Of a stretch of 64,000 nucleotides of DNA, positions 60,541-64,000 are shown one piece after another. The stretch's first letter is position 1, and the number at the start of each line of letters is the position of its first letter. The position numbers were made by a program, and so were the translations under genes. Location: assembly GCA_030265395.1 (NCBI GenBank), contig JARFYF010000074.1, positions 23,051,005-23,115,004 of the forward strand. Reading direction: 5' to 3'. This DNA is from Rhina ancylostomus. Taxonomy: Eukaryota. Below the pieces are notes generated by a model. It was not told the DNA's origin, did not search any database, and saw only the letters and a program-made list of their open reading frames with translations.

Positions 60541-60861
60541 ATGTAAACTGCTGAGATGAGATTTCAGTTCCGTGTCATTAGTCCAGGGTCATTAGTCCTG
60601 GTCTCTGGATTGCTTGTATAGTAACGTGACTCCTATTATATTCTAGAGTCAACTGCCTTCATATCTCTTATATGACTCCATATTGAGAGGTTTTGCCACA
60701 TTAAAGATATTGTTACCTTCAGCTACTTCAGTGATAGACATAAAGACAAGCAGGTTGACACAAATAACTGCAAAGTGCTCACTTCCATACACATTTTAGA
60801 TATGCACCTGGACAAAATTCTGGTGTGAGTTATTAAGGGCAAATAATAGTCATGCCATAAA

Positions 60862-61545
60862 CTCAATGATTGGTCTACAAGCCAATGGCACAAATGTTGA
60901 GTTTTCCACTTTTAGGGAACCCTCCCTCCAGTGGATTGTTTCTCCTTTTCACCCCCTTTCACCTTCCTCTCTCTCCATCCAATCCTCCTCTGGTCCTTCA
61001 ACTTTGGTCCCCTTTCCACAACACCCTCCTCCAGTCCTCCATCAGCCACCTTCGTCCCCCTCCCCGTTCTGGCTCCATCCACCCAATACACACGCTGTTT
61101 GCACACCCCTCCCCCTATGGTTCTGGTTCCTTATGCAATTCACCTCTCCCCTAATGGTTCCCATTATCACCTTCTTTACTTATCAGAGTCCAGCGCTCAT
61201 AGCACTTCGTGTTCTTGTTTGTTTCCCTCATGCAGATGTCTCCAACCGTCACACTCCCCTGTCCCCCACATTGCTCCATCTGTCTCTTTTTTCTTTTCCT
61301 CTCTCTGTCTGCCTCCATCTCTCATTCACCTGCCACTGTCTCCCAACTCCACCTCAGCTCCCCTCCCCTCCCAGGTGCAACCTGTCATCCTTCACCCCTC
61401 CTCAGTCCACCAATCACTTGGGACTCCTGTCTCACTGCTCCCCTTCTCTTTATACTGGCCACCCTCCCCTCCCCACTCTCAGTCCTGATGTAGGATTTCA
61501 ACCCAAATCATGAACAATTCCTTTCTTCCCACAGATGCTGCTTGG
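60862..61545 (+). mobile_element. Penelope-like element: end of GIY-YIG ORF, pyrimidine-rich UTR and terminal repeat
   Basis: GLQANGTNVEFSTFR (compare PLE LQPxGMNIxFSNFR). Hammerhead remnant 'cagtcctgatgtaggatttcaacccaaatc' at 61480-61510; 'ccacagatgctgc'. Confidence 0.88.
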
Positions 61546-61624
61546 AGTTGCAAGGTAGACTCAAGACAAGAAGTGCACAGTTGAATTTTCCAACCAATAT
61601 GCAATTGATGCTAGAACTTAGGGC

Positions 61625-62170
61625 AAAAAACAAACGGTTGGAAAAACTCAGTTTGTTGAGCAACATCTACAATGGGAAAGGAACTGTTGATATCAGGACT
61701 GAGAGTGGAGAGGGAAGACAGCCTGTAAAAAGAGGAGGGGAAGGGCTGAGTCAGGGACTGCTAGGTGGACTAAGAAGGGGTGAAGGACGATGGAGCCTGG
61801 TGGGGGACTGGTGGTTGGGAGAGATGGATTTGGGAGACAGAGGCAGGTGAGTGATAGAAGGAGACAGACAAGGAGAAAAAGGGACAGATGAAGCAAGGTG
61901 GAGGGAGGGGAACAAAGGTGGGGGGACAGAGACTGGAGGGGGATGTGGGGANNNNNNNNNNNNNNNNNNNNNNNNNNNNNNNNNNNNNNNNNNNNNNNNN
62001 NNNNNNNNNNNNNNNNNNNNNNNNNNNNNNNNNNNNNNNNNNNNNNNNNNNGGGGGACAGAGACTGGAGGGGGATGTGGGGAGACAAAGGCTACAAATGT
62101 TGGAATCCGATAAGTAATAAAGGTGATAATGGGAACTATTAAGGGAGAGGTGAAGGGCAGATGGAACTTC
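61625..62170 (-). mobile_element. Penelope-like terminal repeat/UTR, inverted relative to 60862-61545
   Basis: 'atcaggactgagagtgg' is the reverse complement of 'ccactctcagtcctgat'. 'ggagacagaggcaggtgagtgatagaaggagacagac' mirrors 'ctgtctgcctccatctctcattcacctgccactgtctcc'. Confidence 0.88.
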
Positions 62171-62184
62171 TGAATATTCCACTT

Positions 62185-62320
62185 ATATAACTAATGTTTT
62201 CTGGAAAAGAAATCCACAGCTTTTGTCTTTGTGAGACTCCAGGTCGGTGCCAAAGCTGTTGACTCTTATGGTCACTGGAGGGCAATTAGGATTGGGTAGT
62301 AAGCTTCCACATCCTAGGGG
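62185..62320 (+). mobile_element. SINE 3' part (third family)
   Basis: 'actaatgttttctggaaaagaaatcc..gtgagactccagg..gttgactctta..gggcaattaggattggg'. Confidence 0.6.
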
Positions 62321-64000
62321 TTAAATGAAATTGTCGTATATCCACTGAGGATTTCAACTGAGCAGAAAATCCTGGCTACAAAGAATGAAGTGAGTTTTTC
62401 TCTCAGGGCACAGTGCTTAGAAATGAAAGTTCAGCATCTAACTTTGCAATGCTAGTTCAGATAGATTAAAGGATATGCATTTTGGTGCAGTAAGAGAAAT
62501 GTTACACTGTGTTTAAGAAAATTCTCCTATTCTTCTACAAACCTGCTTAGTGTTTCCTGAATGTGCAGTGCACAGGTTATTTGTGCTTCTTTCTCTGCAT
62601 TTGANNNNNNNNNNAGACATGAAACAAAATTTGGAGTTCACCTTGGAGTCATTTTGATAATTTTCAGTAATGATTTCCTCTTGAAATATTGTTTGGAAAG
62701 CATTTTTTCATAGGAATAAGCTCCAAAGCTCCAATGAAACTCATTTTGTACTTGTTGCAGATGATAAGCTTCAGTGACTGCTTTTGCATTTTCCCAGTTA
62801 TGTTAACAAGTCTGCAGCAGCTCAATACACTATATATTTTGTTTTAGGAATCTGAATAACTTTTGTTTTGCTTGATGTGTTTAGTTCATCGAGATTGAAT
62901 TTATAGTCCAGAGTTTCCACTGACCAATCGGTTTTGTGACCTGAGCCTACCCCGATTCCTGAGTGTGCCCTGCTAGTTCACAGTGAAGCATAAGGTGATA
63001 ACGAAACTGCAATAACTACTCTGTTTTTATCTCTTTATTCACATTGCTTTTGTTTAGATTCATGCTGATATAAAGTAGGGCTGTAAAGCAATGATGAGGA
63101 GATGGAAGAAGGAACTTTTAAAGGGTCCAGTTTCAAACAAGAATCTGCTAAACTTAAATTTTGGCCTTTCGAAAAATAATAATTCCAAAATTGTAAATTT
63201 TGCTCTTTTGTTCCTGATCCAATTATCCCAATGTCTGCCGTGTGCCTTATTTTTGAGAGGCTGCTATTCCCTCTCCCATTTTAATACTTTGTTCTTTTGA
63301 TCATTTCCTCTGGAGCTTCAGTGAAGAAAAAGAGCTGAGAGAGTGGTGAAATGGGCCAGTGAGACTGTGACTGGATGTTACCCATCTGCTGATACTTGTC
63401 ATCTTCTAACCCAATAACATTGCCTGTGGGGACTTCACTCTCACAAAGGAACCCATTGCTGAGTAAGGTTACGTTTCACGAGTGTCCCCAGTCATCACAG
63501 CTGCCATGAAGCTGCCCTCAATTCTGATATCACAGGATTACTCCAGGCTGCCTCTCAGGGCACCTAAAACATTAGTCATACAGCTGTGTATGGCTGAATT
63601 AAGCAAGTTAGGAAATCATTCTTCATTTGTTTCAAAAATAAAATGAAACTCCTACCCTATGGATGTAATCATGATGTAACAGAACAGCAAGATTGCTGGA
63701 GCTCCTGGGTATCAGAGATTATACTCATTTGGAACCATGTACTTGCTTGATCAATGCTTAATAACTTAGGTATCAGGGAAGGATTACACTCTCCACAGTT
63801 CAAAGCTCATTTGCAACCGGCAGAACACTATCATGCAACTGATTACCAGCTTACTTGGAGCTTCCACCTCGTGTTCATTTTAATGCAGGACACCATGTCA
63901 CCATTTTCTTTTTCTTCATGGAAAGACAAGCCCCTTGAATCCTGGGAGATAACATTCATTTTCAGCAATGATCGATGATGAGTGTGTGTTCTCCCAGGGT

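Larger units (their letters stand above)
751..62614. other. 15 assembly gaps (N runs)
   Basis: 751-850, 3068-3167, 5224-5311, 10845-10854, 12220-12319, 15000-15165, 20047-20071, 25706-25767, 28226-28325, 38369-38468, 45891-45990, 48876-48975, 50376-50475, 61952-62051, 62605-62614. Most are exactly 100 or 10 N and many fall in young repeats. Confidence 0.98.

Noticed and set aside
60866-61513. Longest ORFs (215 aa and 185 aa) as host genes
   Set aside because: Pro/Ser/Leu-rich read-through of the C/T-rich Penelope UTR. Only the first ~15 residues are real element ORF.
1-64000. Prokaryotic-type systems (operons, defence islands, CRISPR arrays, prophage)
   Set aside because: No gene-dense coding, long ORFs or repeat-spacer arrays. 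The content is vertebrate retroelement-rich non-coding DNA.

Overview
This is eukaryotic (vertebrate) genomic DNA, not a prokaryotic window. It is AT-rich and CpG-poor, has no CpG island, contains 15 N-gaps, and shows no recognisable host protein-coding exon. The repeat content points to an intronic or intergenic region of a cartilaginous fish, probably a ray/batoid (inference from family resemblance, not a database search). Families seen: HER1-like CR1 LINEs, HE1-like V-SINEs, Deu-domain SINEs, Penelope-like elements, Rex1/Babar, RTE, L1, L2, solo LTRs and a palindromic MITE. Every ORF-track product I can recognise is a decayed retroelement fragment; the rest look like chance ORFs. The most interesting signals are: (i) decayed minimal hammerhead-ribozyme cores in the Penelope-like terminal repeats, which recur as inverted pairs at different stages of internal collapse; (ii) SINE families that appear to carry tails from different LINE partners; (iii) a minus-strand pyrimidine-CAG|GTAAGT site that may be a recursive splice site or the end of an exon hidden in a gap; (iv) candidate regulatory clusters (RFX X-boxes with CCAAT, p53-family half sites, a PBX-MEIS decamer). 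I cannot support a claim of a wholly new biological system from this sequence alone. Family assignments come from recalled consensus motifs, and repeat boundaries are approximate unless a TSD or terminal motif is quoted.
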